DNA of 64,000 nucleotides from Bacteroidota bacterium (GTDB lineage Bacteria; Bacteroidota; Bacteroidia; UKL13-3): NCBI GenBank assembly GCA_947453415.1, contig CANGGG010000006.1, positions 2,129 to 66,128 of the forward strand, read 5' to 3'. Shown piece by piece: positions 39,930 to 48,716 of this stretch (position 1 is its first letter; each line of letters starts with the position of its first letter). The notes under the pieces were generated by a model. It saw only the letters and a program-made list of their open reading frames with translations, ran no database searches and was not told where the DNA came from. The position numbers and the translations under genes were made by a program.

Positions 39930-40907
39930 ACTTAAATTTTCAGTGCCAATATAATTACTTGCAAATTCAAAAGCCCTCAATTCAGAGTAATAATTTCCCT
40001 GAATTCCATTCATTGAAAATCCAACATGACCACCTTTTTTGGGTGTTTCTAAATGCAGAAATTTATGCTTTTTAGCCATTTCTACAGGGAAACATAATTT
40101 TGATAAAAACGGGTCATTTAAAGCATTTACTAATAAAGTTGGTAGGGTTATATTTGGTAAAAACTGCAGTGAATTGCATTTATTATAATAGTCTTGCGCA
40201 TTTTGAAAGCCATGCATTTTAGCAGTAACCCGTGAGTCCCATTCTTCAAAAGTTTTCAATTTTTCAATTCCATTTATATCTAATTGATTCGGAAATATTT
40301 TACTTTTCTCAATTGTTTTTTTGTTCAAGCTTTTCAAAAAATTAAACATATAAGGTTTGTTAAACCTATTGCCTAAAACCTTAGAGCTTGATGCTAAATC
40401 AATTGGCACAGAAAAGGCAAAAGCACATTTTATTTTATTGGATAAATGATTGGCATTTTCACCCAAATATTTCAATAACACATTACCCCCTAAACTAAAT
40501 CCACCAAGCACCAAATTTTTGTAATTATTTTGATTTAAAATATGTTCAATGATTAATTTGACATCGTCACTTTTTCCCATGTGATAACTGGAAAGTAATC
40601 GATTATTTTCACCACTACAGCTCCTAAAATTCATGACACAAACATCGAAATGTAACTCATTGAAATGCTTTACAAATCCTTTGATATACTGAGATTGCGA
40701 GCTTCCTTCTAATCCATGAAATAAAATAAGTAATGTTTGATTGCCACTGCAAACCCAATCTAAATCTATAAAATCGCCATCGGCTAATTCTACCCTTTCG
40801 CGCTTATAGGCTACACTAACTTTTCGGAACAAAGCAGGAAGCATTGTTTCCAAATGTTTGTTCTTATTCCATTTATTTCCTTTGTAATTGCTTTGTAAAA
40901 AGGGCAT
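39924..40907 (-). CDS. YheT-family alpha/beta hydrolase
   Basis: HGLEGS, nucleophile GFSLGG, NDPF, GGHVGF. Confidence 0.9.
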   Translation of the reverse strand: MPFLQSNYKGNKWNKNKHLETMLPALFRKVSVAYKRERVELADGDFIDLDWVCSGNQTLLILFHGLEGSSQSQYIKGFVKHFNELHFDVCVMNFRSCSGENNRLLSSYHMGKSDDVKLIIEHILNQNNYKNLVLGGFSLGGNVLLKYLGENANHLSNKIKCAFAFSVPIDLASSSKVLGNRFNKPYMFNFLKSLNKKTIEKSKIFPNQLDINGIEKLKTFEEWDSRVTAKMHGFQNAQDYYNKCNSLQFLPNITLPTLLVNALNDPFLSKLCFPVEMAKKHKFLHLETPKKGGHVGFSMNGIQGNYYSELRAFEFASNYIGTENLSL

Positions 40908-40952
40908 TTATTTTAAAAAATTAAAAAAAGAAATATAGAATTCCATTTTTGA

Positions 40953-43088
40953 TTAGTTTGTTTTTAATATTTTAAAATATTGTTGATAGTTACTACCATT
41001 TATAATTATATAATATAATCCATTTTTCAAGTATTCTGTATCCAATAGATCCATTTCTCCATTCATATTATCAATAATATTTATATTGTTTTTTGATAAT
41101 AATTTTCCAAAAACATCAAATATGTTTATTTCATATTTTCCTTTTACTACATTTTTAAAAAATAGTTTGGCAGTATTTGTAAAAGGAGATTCTATAGCAA
41201 ACGATTGTTTTGTATTGTCCATGTCTGCAAATATTCCAACACTTCCAAAAGGATCTAATTCATAAAAACTAGCTATTGAATTATTTAAAACATTGGCGCC
41301 TAAGCCTAAATAAATTTTATTATTGATGCTTTCTGCAATTCCAAAAATTGTGGGAATAGTAGGAAATAAAGTGAGCGTATTCCAGGTGTCTAAAACTTGA
41401 TTATAAGTTCTTATTTCTTTAAAAAAATTAATATTATCATTTCCTTTTCCCATACAAATATATGCAGCATTACTGGTTGAAGTACCAAGGGCAGCATATA
41501 TTCCTTCTGCGTTAATATTATTTTTCTTTATCCACTTTTCTGTTAAAGCATTATAAGCCCAAACTTCATTCATGGGTGTTCCAAAATGGTTAATTCCACC
41601 AACTATATAAGCATTATTATTCAACGAAAAAGAAGTAGCAAATTTTCTTGGATCGGCAGGCAAACTGTCCTTTAAAATCCAAGAATTTAATATTGGATTG
41701 TATTCCCAACAATCATTTAATAGATTGGATTGATTCGGTGTACCACTTACCACATAACCTTTATTATTTAATGTAAAAGTGCAGGCATCATTTCTAGGAA
41801 TTGGAAGTGGTGCAATACTATCCCATTTGTTGGTTAGGGCATTGTATTTCCAGCAGTCAGACAATGCGTTCATGCTTGTAGATGTACCCCCAATTAAAAA
41901 ACCCTCGTTACCAATTACAAAACCTTTATGACCATAAATTCTGGGAACACCTGGGAAATTTATTTTAGCAGTCCAATTATTTTTAGCCGGATCAAACTCC
42001 CACATTTGCGAATTCAAACTTTGGTCGTAACCTTGTCCGCCTATTACATATATTTTATTGTTTATGTTAAATGAAGCAGCTCTATTTACTCCAAAATTTT
42101 CCTTAAAAAAAGTCCAAGTATTGCTATCAATATTATAAGCAAACATTTTTATATTAGAAACTTGACCCGAAACACCTTTTCCAACAAAAGCTTGTTTACC
42201 ATCGGACAGTGCAATGGCAAAATCTAACCCAAAAGGAAAACCTTGAATAGCTTGCCATGAATTTGTGGTATCGTTATATTTATAAAAATCGTTGAACTGA
42301 CCTGAAAAATTATATCCAATTCCTAATCCTACAAATGGATTATTATTTATCACAAAAGATAAAGCTCTATACCTTGCAGTTCCGGGATAAACTGCTACTT
42401 GAGTCCAATTATTTAAATCAGGATTATACTTCCAAAAGTCTTGAAAAATATTACTTACCGAACCATTTATACCCAGCCCAACATAAGCTTTATTATTTAG
42501 TACAAAAGCACATGCACTGTTACGTTCTGTACCTCCAAAATTGGCTATATTGCTCCATTTGTTAGTTAAAGGATTATAAGAAAAAAACTCTTTGCGCTGG
42601 TGGTTATTGGTGGAGTCGGTTCCTAAACCCACATAACCCAAATTATTAATTGAAAATCCAACAGCAACATTTCTGGATGCTGGCATAGGTGCAATACTAG
42701 TCCAAGAATCATTGGTTTCATTATATTTCCAAAATAAGTTAGATACTTTTTTTATAGAATTAGAATAACCTGAACCAACGTAAGCAATATTATTGATGAC
42801 AAAAGAAACTGGACTTCCAACAGAATCAGGAAAATTATTTTTACCAATCCATACTTTGTTATACTGGTCAAACTGGTAACATTTATTGGTATTTCCAAGC
42901 GAAGCACTGCTGCCAGCAACTACAAATATTTTTCCTGAAACTGTAAAACTTGCTGCATTACCTGGAATATTAGGGACAAAAGAACCCATGGTGTTTGTTC
43001 CAATATCGTTTAACTGTTTCCATGATTGGCTTTTCAACTGAAATTGAAAAAACAAAAAAAGTAAAAAGACGAATAATGGTTTTTTCAT
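40953..43088 (-). CDS. Kelch-repeat secreted protein with degenerate T9SS CTD
   Basis: Signal peptide; ~12 repeats of R....F....KxYVG.G...W.Y.P..N.W; C-terminal FD..GK...GLYYI...FKILKTN. Confidence 0.85.
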   Translation of the reverse strand: MKKPLFVFLLFLFFQFQLKSQSWKQLNDIGTNTMGSFVPNIPGNAASFTVSGKIFVVAGSSASLGNTNKCYQFDQYNKVWIGKNNFPDSVGSPVSFVINNIAYVGSGYSNSIKKVSNLFWKYNETNDSWTSIAPMPASRNVAVGFSINNLGYVGLGTDSTNNHQRKEFFSYNPLTNKWSNIANFGGTERNSACAFVLNNKAYVGLGINGSVSNIFQDFWKYNPDLNNWTQVAVYPGTARYRALSFVINNNPFVGLGIGYNFSGQFNDFYKYNDTTNSWQAIQGFPFGLDFAIALSDGKQAFVGKGVSGQVSNIKMFAYNIDSNTWTFFKENFGVNRAASFNINNKIYVIGGQGYDQSLNSQMWEFDPAKNNWTAKINFPGVPRIYGHKGFVIGNEGFLIGGTSTSMNALSDCWKYNALTNKWDSIAPLPIPRNDACTFTLNNKGYVVSGTPNQSNLLNDCWEYNPILNSWILKDSLPADPRKFATSFSLNNNAYIVGGINHFGTPMNEVWAYNALTEKWIKKNNINAEGIYAALGTSTSNAAYICMGKGNDNINFFKEIRTYNQVLDTWNTLTLFPTIPTIFGIAESINNKIYLGLGANVLNNSIASFYELDPFGSVGIFADMDNTKQSFAIESPFTNTAKLFFKNVVKGKYEINIFDVFGKLLSKNNINIIDNMNGEMDLLDTEYLKNGLYYIIINGSNYQQYFKILKTN

Positions 43089-43292
43089 AAAATTTAAATG
43101 GTGTTATCAAATATATTATAATTCACAACAATTCGATCATTCTTAAATAATTGGATGAATAAATTTTACAATTGAGTTGGTGAATTCATCATTTAATTAA
43201 ATAAAGAAGTGTATTTATTTACCTATAAAAAAAGTTTGATAAAGTATAAAAAGCGTCCAAAATGCTAAAAGTGCGATTCGTGGTTTAAAATA

Positions 43293-43577
43293 TCAATCTA
43301 AGGTATTGTCTTTTTTCTTTTTAAGCCAATTAAAAATAACTATTATAAATAAAGCAGAATAATTAGCAAACTGAAAATAATGACTCTTAATTTCATTACT
43401 TAAATTTTCAATAAAATCGAAATAAATAACTAAGAACAATCCTGCTAATAATATAATTAGATAAAACATAGCACGCTTATTAAAATCTGTAATTATTCTA
43501 ATTCTATTCCAAGTATAAAATGCAAATGCAAACATTGAATACACCACTGCTTTTGCTAAAATATGTATAGTATTCAT
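43293..43577 (-). CDS. Small hypothetical membrane protein (3 TM)
   Basis: 94-aa ORF with three hydrophobic segments and a basic tail. Confidence 0.5.
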   Translation of the reverse strand: MNTIHILAKAVVYSMFAFAFYTWNRIRIITDFNKRAMFYLIILLAGLFLVIYFDFIENLSNEIKSHYFQFANYSALFIIVIFNWLKKKKDNTLD

Positions 43578-43688
43578 GGTATAACTTTAATATTCCATTA
43601 ATTGGTTGTTTTTAAAATGCGAAAATATAATTATTAGCCATTATTTAACTATCAATTTTTTAAATGTATTTTTATGTTTTTCGAAAAA

Positions 43689-44447
43689 TTATTTCTTCAA
43701 ATTAAACGAAAACATGGAATAACCAATTCCAAAAGAAACCCAAGGTTTGGCCTGGTAAATCCAACCATATTTTATTTCGTTGGCATTGCTTATAAAATCA
43801 AATCCTGTAAAGATTCCTACTTGTGCATTTCCCATTTCTATTACCACTCCAAAAGAAGGTGTAAAAGCCAATAATTCTTGTGTTTTTTGTGTTTTTCCTC
43901 TGGTTGAAAAGCTATCAACAGTAACAGAAGATATGCCAACGCCTATTAAAAAATCGAGGGCAGCTTGCTTGTCTTGGTTCAAAGTATATTTTACTCCAAA
44001 GGTTGAACCAACTGAAATATCTTTGCTGAAATCAAAAGGACCAAAGCGCAATTTAATGGGTGTCATGATGGTTCCTACTACCAAATCAAAGTCGGATTTT
44101 TTAACCAAATAAGCTTTAAAATCGAGTTGGGCTTTGGTAATGGAATAATAGGTGTAAGTGGTATAATCTTCTATGGGGTTTGATTTGCTAGCACCTTTTT
44201 TTTTGTTTAAAAAAGTAAACCTGATGACGCATAAATCTTGTTTTACATCTACCAGCATAAACTTTGATTTTGGTGGAGCTACGAGCAAAGTAGTATCTAT
44301 TATTTTACCAATGATATTGCATTTATAAATGGGACATTCCACCAAAAATTCATACAAACGTATTTTGTCGTTCAGGCTTTGGGCACTGCTTTTATTGTTG
44401 GCGAAGACGCCAACAATGGCAAAAAAAATGAATAGAAGTTTTTTCAA
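43689..44447 (-). CDS. Hypothetical exported protein with probable C-terminal beta-barrel
   Basis: TTG start and signal peptide; P.KLR...GIF.G.D...W..Q.KPW.S.GIGY. Confidence 0.7.
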   Translation of the reverse strand: MKKLLFIFFAIVGVFANNKSSAQSLNDKIRLYEFLVECPIYKCNIIGKIIDTTLLVAPPKSKFMLVDVKQDLCVIRFTFLNKKKGASKSNPIEDYTTYTYYSITKAQLDFKAYLVKKSDFDLVVGTIMTPIKLRFGPFDFSKDISVGSTFGVKYTLNQDKQAALDFLIGVGISSVTVDSFSTRGKTQKTQELLAFTPSFGVVIEMGNAQVGIFTGFDFISNANEIKYGWIYQAKPWVSFGIGYSMFSFNLKK

Positions 44448-44498
44448 AACTTAATTTTGGATGTTGAATTTTGGATGTTGAATTAATAATACAGCCAT

Positions 44499-44625
44499 CG
44501 TCATGCTGAGGCACGAAACAACTTTATAAGGTAATTTTTATAGTTCCTTCTTCCGCTTTGGCGGAATCAGGATGACGTTCCCGCAATTTGTTTATAATGG
44601 GCAGACACATAGGTCTGCACACTAC
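44499..44625. repeat. Cluster of REP-like palindromes
   Basis: CGTCATGCTGA...TCAGGATGACG arms enclose TTCCGC-TTTG-GCGGAA; minus-strand GTAG-TGTGCAGAC-CTATGT-GTCTGCCC at 44599-44625. Confidence 0.6.
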
Positions 44626-44663
44626 CAGTATTTATGCAATTTTGTAATCTTCAAATCTTTCAA

Positions 44664-45059
44664 TTAAAAAACAAATACCACCACGTACTTATCATACTCA
44701 TCAGATATGGCATATTTACCTTTTTTGAGGGTGCATTTTTTAAGTTCAAGTGTGTTGCAAATATCTTCGTTAAAGGTATAATCATCGTCTAGTAAAAAGT
44801 TGCCTGTGGCAAAGTATTTTAAAAACAATTTATCGGTAACGCTGCGTTTTAAAAAGTTAAATTGAATATGCTTTTCGTCTAACACATCTATGGTGGCCAG
44901 CACTTCATTTTCTTTTCTGCTTTCAGCGCTGCTTATAGATACATTACAAAAGTTAAACCCATTGCAATCTGGGGATTTGCCTAGGCTAACCAAATAATTG
45001 TTTTCAGTTTTAAAAAAAAGCAATATAAATAATGAAAAAAATAAAATTATTGGTTTCAT
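44664..45059 (-). CDS. Small exported hypothetical protein with G-K-x-x-D-C-x-G-F-x-x-C motif
   Basis: Signal-like N-terminus, Cys pair, C-terminal LKKGKY; last gene of the accessory operon. Confidence 0.7.
   Translation of the reverse strand: MKPIILFFSLFILLFFKTENNYLVSLGKSPDCNGFNFCNVSISSAESRKENEVLATIDVLDEKHIQFNFLKRSVTDKLFLKYFATGNFLLDDDYTFNEDICNTLELKKCTLKKGKYAISDEYDKYVVVFVF
44939..45059. repeat. ~100-120-bp direct repeat, copy 1 (copy 2 at 46158-46260)
   Basis: ATACATTACAAAAGTTAAACCCATTGCAATC.GGGGATTTGCC.AGGCTA ... AATAAAATTATTGGTTTCAT in both copies; copy 2 has an 18-nt in-frame deletion. Confidence 0.92.
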
Positions 45060-45066
45060 ATAATAA

Positions 45067-45903
45067 CTAATTTAACAATTTATCTATTTTATCACATAAA
45101 TCAATTTGAAATAATTTTTGTTCAACATTTGTATTCCCAAAATATAAGATTTCACCATTTTTAACTATTATATAAAGAGGAACAGCAGTTATTTTAAGTA
45201 AATCAATTGAATTAATGTCTTTTGCAAATAGATTATTTCCTCTATCATAATTTTCTGAGAGAATTTTTTTTGTTCTTATTATAGAATCTCTTCTAATAGG
45301 AAAATTCAATGTATAAAACTTCACTTTTTTATTAGTATAAATATCTTGAATTTCTGAATATTTTGAAAATCCAATTATACAATTACCGCAGTTAGTAGTC
45401 CAACAATCAATTACTTTGATTGTATCGTTTTTTGAAAACAACTCATTACTTAAATTATTTGAAGATATTGTTTCGAAATAGGGTAGTTTACTATTTATTA
45501 ATTGATAATTGTCCTTATTAAAATAATAATCTAACCACCATAACATGAAAACATAACACAATAAAGATGTAAGAAAAAACACAATAAATAAAAACCAATT
45601 ATTTTTTATTTTTTTAAATAAAAATTCATGAATAAATAAAAATAAAAATGGTGAAATTGAAATTGGAATTGTGTGGTAATTTTTATCAATAATCGTTAAA
45701 ATACAATATAAAACAGGACTTATTAATAATAAAAGTTTATAATATAAATTATCATTTTTTAAAAAATGCAAAATTACTAAAATAGAAAATGCATTTATAC
45801 TAAACTGTATAGGCCAATTAAAATATCCGCTTAAAAGAAATGTAATATTGAAAAATAATATCAATGTTATTTTTACCTTTTTATTTGTTTTAAAGTTTCT
45901 CAT
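45067..45903 (-). CDS. Membrane-anchored TlpA-like thioredoxin-fold protein
   Basis: N-terminal TM helices, then VIDCWTTNCGNC (WxxxCxxC) and cis-Pro loop TAVP. Confidence 0.8.
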   Translation of the reverse strand: MRNFKTNKKVKITLILFFNITFLLSGYFNWPIQFSINAFSILVILHFLKNDNLYYKLLLLISPVLYCILTIIDKNYHTIPISISPFLFLFIHEFLFKKIKNNWFLFIVFFLTSLLCYVFMLWWLDYYFNKDNYQLINSKLPYFETISSNNLSNELFSKNDTIKVIDCWTTNCGNCIIGFSKYSEIQDIYTNKKVKFYTLNFPIRRDSIIRTKKILSENYDRGNNLFAKDINSIDLLKITAVPLYIIVKNGEILYFGNTNVEQKLFQIDLCDKIDKLLN

Positions 45904-45942
45904 AATTTCAATATAAATGATTTTTTTTTTACCAACTAATTA

Positions 45943-46260
45943 TTAGTATCCAATTGATGCTGGGCCCTTTGATGGTTGATCAACTTGACAAGTTCCATCA
46001 CAACTATGGCGCCAAAACAATCCACATCCACTTACAGATGTACACTTCAATTTTGAGTTGCATATATCAGCTGTCGAAATAATTATTCCTCCGCAATAAT
46101 CATCACCTGAAACACAATTACAGTTAGGAGCCCCATCAATTCCTTTGCTGTTTATTAATACATTACAAAAGTTAAACCCATTGCAATCGGGGGATTTGCC
46201 AAGGCTACTTTTAAAAAAAAGAAATATAAACAATGAGCTAAATAAAATTATTGGTTTCAT
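45943..46260 (-). CDS. Fulvocin-C-related Cys-rich peptide with N-terminal export signal
   Basis: C-terminal PNCNCVSGDDYC...C....C....GCGLFWRHSCDGTC resembles the fulvocin C pattern (NCSC...DYC...C...C...GCG..W..C); N-terminus duplicated from 44664-45059. Confidence 0.7.
   Translation of the reverse strand: MKPIILFSSLFIFLFFKSSLGKSPDCNGFNFCNVLINSKGIDGAPNCNCVSGDDYCGGIIISTADICNSKLKCTSVSGCGLFWRHSCDGTCQVDQPSKGPASIGY
46158..46260. repeat. Direct repeat, copy 2
   Basis: See 44939-45059. Confidence 0.92.
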
Positions 46261-46630
46261 TGAGATTGAATGTAAAAAATTTACTTATTTTATATCGGTT
46301 TTTAGAAAACACATTGTAAAAAAAATTTAATGTATTAACGGGTAAAACATTAAAAATTATAAAAAATCTAAGTGGATATTTCGAGTTCTTTATTAATAAA
46401 AAAAACGCATCAGATTTTTTATAAACAATGGCGTTTTCAATTACAAAAATGGTATTCAATTCTATAAATTGAATATTATTTTGTCTCAAAAGTGTCCTTG
46501 CCTCAATACTTCTTACTGAAAAACATTCAATATTTCTTATAATATTTTTTTTAAATAACTCAATAAACCAACAACATACTGAACACCTATCATCATAGAT
46601 TATTACAATTCCTTTCATGATCTTATTCAA
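46238..46630 (-). CDS. DCC1-like thiol-disulfide oxidoreductase (DUF393)
   Basis: IIYDDRCSVC (DxxCxxC), KSDAF, Y..F.KNRY. Confidence 0.88.
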   Translation of the reverse strand: MNKIMKGIVIIYDDRCSVCCWFIELFKKNIIRNIECFSVRSIEARTLLRQNNIQFIELNTIFVIENAIVYKKSDAFFLLIKNSKYPLRFFIIFNVLPVNTLNFFYNVFSKNRYKISKFFTFNLNETNNFI

Positions 46631-48716
46631 AATAAAAGTTATAAATAAAATTTTCAGTAAGGTTTTCTATTTTTGGATTTGTATATGTGTTATACAATAT
46701 TGTTATAATAGTGTTATCATAAGAATTATAGAAGTTTCTAGAAGCATATCCAAAATGATCGCCTGAATGACCATAAAAATTAATACCCCTATAATTTGAT
46801 TGAATTAATCCCATTCCATATTGAAAATTTGGGTTGTTATTAAACATTTCCATGTTTTTAATAGAGGAATCGGAAAGAATTGATTTCTCAATAAACAATT
46901 TATTTAAAAAATTAGTTAATCCAAAAGCATTTGCACTTAAAGATCCCGCGCCAATGGTAAAATTATTATAATATTCATCGCAAAAAAATCTACTTACATT
47001 TTGATTATTTGAATATGGTTGAGACATATTTGGAACATTCACTTTTGTAAGTGAATAAATATTATCTAATTTATATGGATTTAACAATTCATCATCTAAA
47101 ACTTCAAAATACTTTTTATGATAAATTTTTTCAAGTATATATGCCAATAATATATAATTGGTATTACAATATTCAAATTGAATATTGGGCTGCTTTTGAG
47201 GCTTTGTGATATATTTTAAAAGATTAATAGTAACTAGCTTATGATTGGTTTTAAAAAGAGCTCTTTTAAGTATAATTTTACCTATATTTTTATCATTCAC
47301 GATTTCGTTTAATCCAGATGAATGTGTGAGCAAATTTTTAATGGTTATATTTTTCAAATATTTTGATTTAAAAAAATCAGAAATCGGCTGATTTAAATAA
47401 ATTAATTTTTTTTCGACAGCTTGAAAAATTAATGTGCTTGTAATTAGTTTACTAGAACTCCCCACAGCAAATATGGTGTTACTATCTACTAATTTATTTG
47501 GTTTTGCATTTCCAAAATTTAATTTTAAAAAAGTGCCATTTTTAAAAACACAAACTTGCATACCAAAACTATCATTTTTTAAACTATCTATGATTACATT
47601 TCCATATTTTAAAATTTTATCATTTAATTGTTTTAAATTATTAGAAACATAATTACACTTGGGAATATTTAGATTACTTTCATCACAAAAATTTATTATA
47701 AAATCGGTTAATAGTGGTGTGAATGAATTTCCATTTAAACAACAAACAATTGTCAAGTTTTCTGACGGCAAATAGGTAAATGAAGCAAAAGTTTTATCCA
47801 AATTGGAAATAACTTCATAACCAATTTTATTATTGATTTTTTTTGTTTTTATACCCATACCGTAATTCTCTTCTATACTTAGCATTTTCTTTAGGCTTAT
47901 TGTAGATAATAGTTTTTCAGAAAATAAGCTTTCTAAAAAACATAAAATATCACTTGTACTAGAAACAATAGAAAGTGAGCCTATAAAATTATTTAAATTA
48001 CTTTCTTTTGCCTCAATCCATTTGAATTCACTTTTTACAAAAGATTTTGCTTCATTTTTTTCTATTTCTGAATAAGTATCAGAATAAGTGTTTTCAAGAT
48101 TTAATTTTTTAACTATTCTTTCGTTTAATACTTCGCTATAAGGTTTGTTACAAATTTTTTCAATAATAAGTGCCAATAAATAATAATCTGCGGGGGAATA
48201 TGATTCATCTTTATTGGGTAAATATTCTGGCTTTACATTCGTAATTTTATTCAAAATGAAAATTTGATTTTGTTGATCAGATTTCCACTCATCTATGTCT
48301 AAATATTTATTAATATTAAAAAGTCCACTACTATGCCAGAGTAAATATTCAATAGTAATTTTATTTGAATTTGGAATATTTTTAAAATATTTAGATAGTT
48401 TATCTGAAAAGTTTAACTTATTTTCTTCAATAAGTTGTAAGACCAATACAGCAGTATAAGTTTCAGTAATATTTCCAATTCTATACTTTGTATTTTCATT
48501 TGGTTTAATTTCATTGCCATTGATATCATTTCCAATTTTGCCAAAAATTTTATTGTAAATTGTTTTACCACTTTTTACAATTGAAACACTACCCATAGCC
48601 AATCCATTATTATTTAAATTATTAAATAATGAATCTAATCCTTTCAAATCTATGTTTGAAGAATAAGAAATGATAGTTATAATATTTATTAATAAAAACA
48701 GCGTAAGTTTTTTCAT
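46623..48716 (-). CDS. Exported tandem serine hydrolase (two beta-lactamase/AmpC-PBP-fold domains)
   Basis: Signal peptide. Domain 1: YRIGNITETY, LLWHSSG, YSPADY. Domain 2: FAVGSSSKL (SxxK), LLTHSSG, YCN, GHSG. Confidence 0.88.
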   Translation of the reverse strand: MKKLTLFLLINIITIISYSSNIDLKGLDSLFNNLNNNGLAMGSVSIVKSGKTIYNKIFGKIGNDINGNEIKPNENTKYRIGNITETYTAVLVLQLIEENKLNFSDKLSKYFKNIPNSNKITIEYLLWHSSGLFNINKYLDIDEWKSDQQNQIFILNKITNVKPEYLPNKDESYSPADYYLLALIIEKICNKPYSEVLNERIVKKLNLENTYSDTYSEIEKNEAKSFVKSEFKWIEAKESNLNNFIGSLSIVSSTSDILCFLESLFSEKLLSTISLKKMLSIEENYGMGIKTKKINNKIGYEVISNLDKTFASFTYLPSENLTIVCCLNGNSFTPLLTDFIINFCDESNLNIPKCNYVSNNLKQLNDKILKYGNVIIDSLKNDSFGMQVCVFKNGTFLKLNFGNAKPNKLVDSNTIFAVGSSSKLITSTLIFQAVEKKLIYLNQPISDFFKSKYLKNITIKNLLTHSSGLNEIVNDKNIGKIILKRALFKTNHKLVTINLLKYITKPQKQPNIQFEYCNTNYILLAYILEKIYHKKYFEVLDDELLNPYKLDNIYSLTKVNVPNMSQPYSNNQNVSRFFCDEYYNNFTIGAGSLSANAFGLTNFLNKLFIEKSILSDSSIKNMEMFNNNPNFQYGMGLIQSNYRGINFYGHSGDHFGYASRNFYNSYDNTIITILYNTYTNPKIENLTENFIYNFYFE

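Noticed and set aside
46623-48716. Antibiotic-resistance beta-lactamase
   Set aside because: The fold family is shared, but the HSG motif, tandem layout and operon context point to a peptidase; no evidence for beta-lactam hydrolysis.
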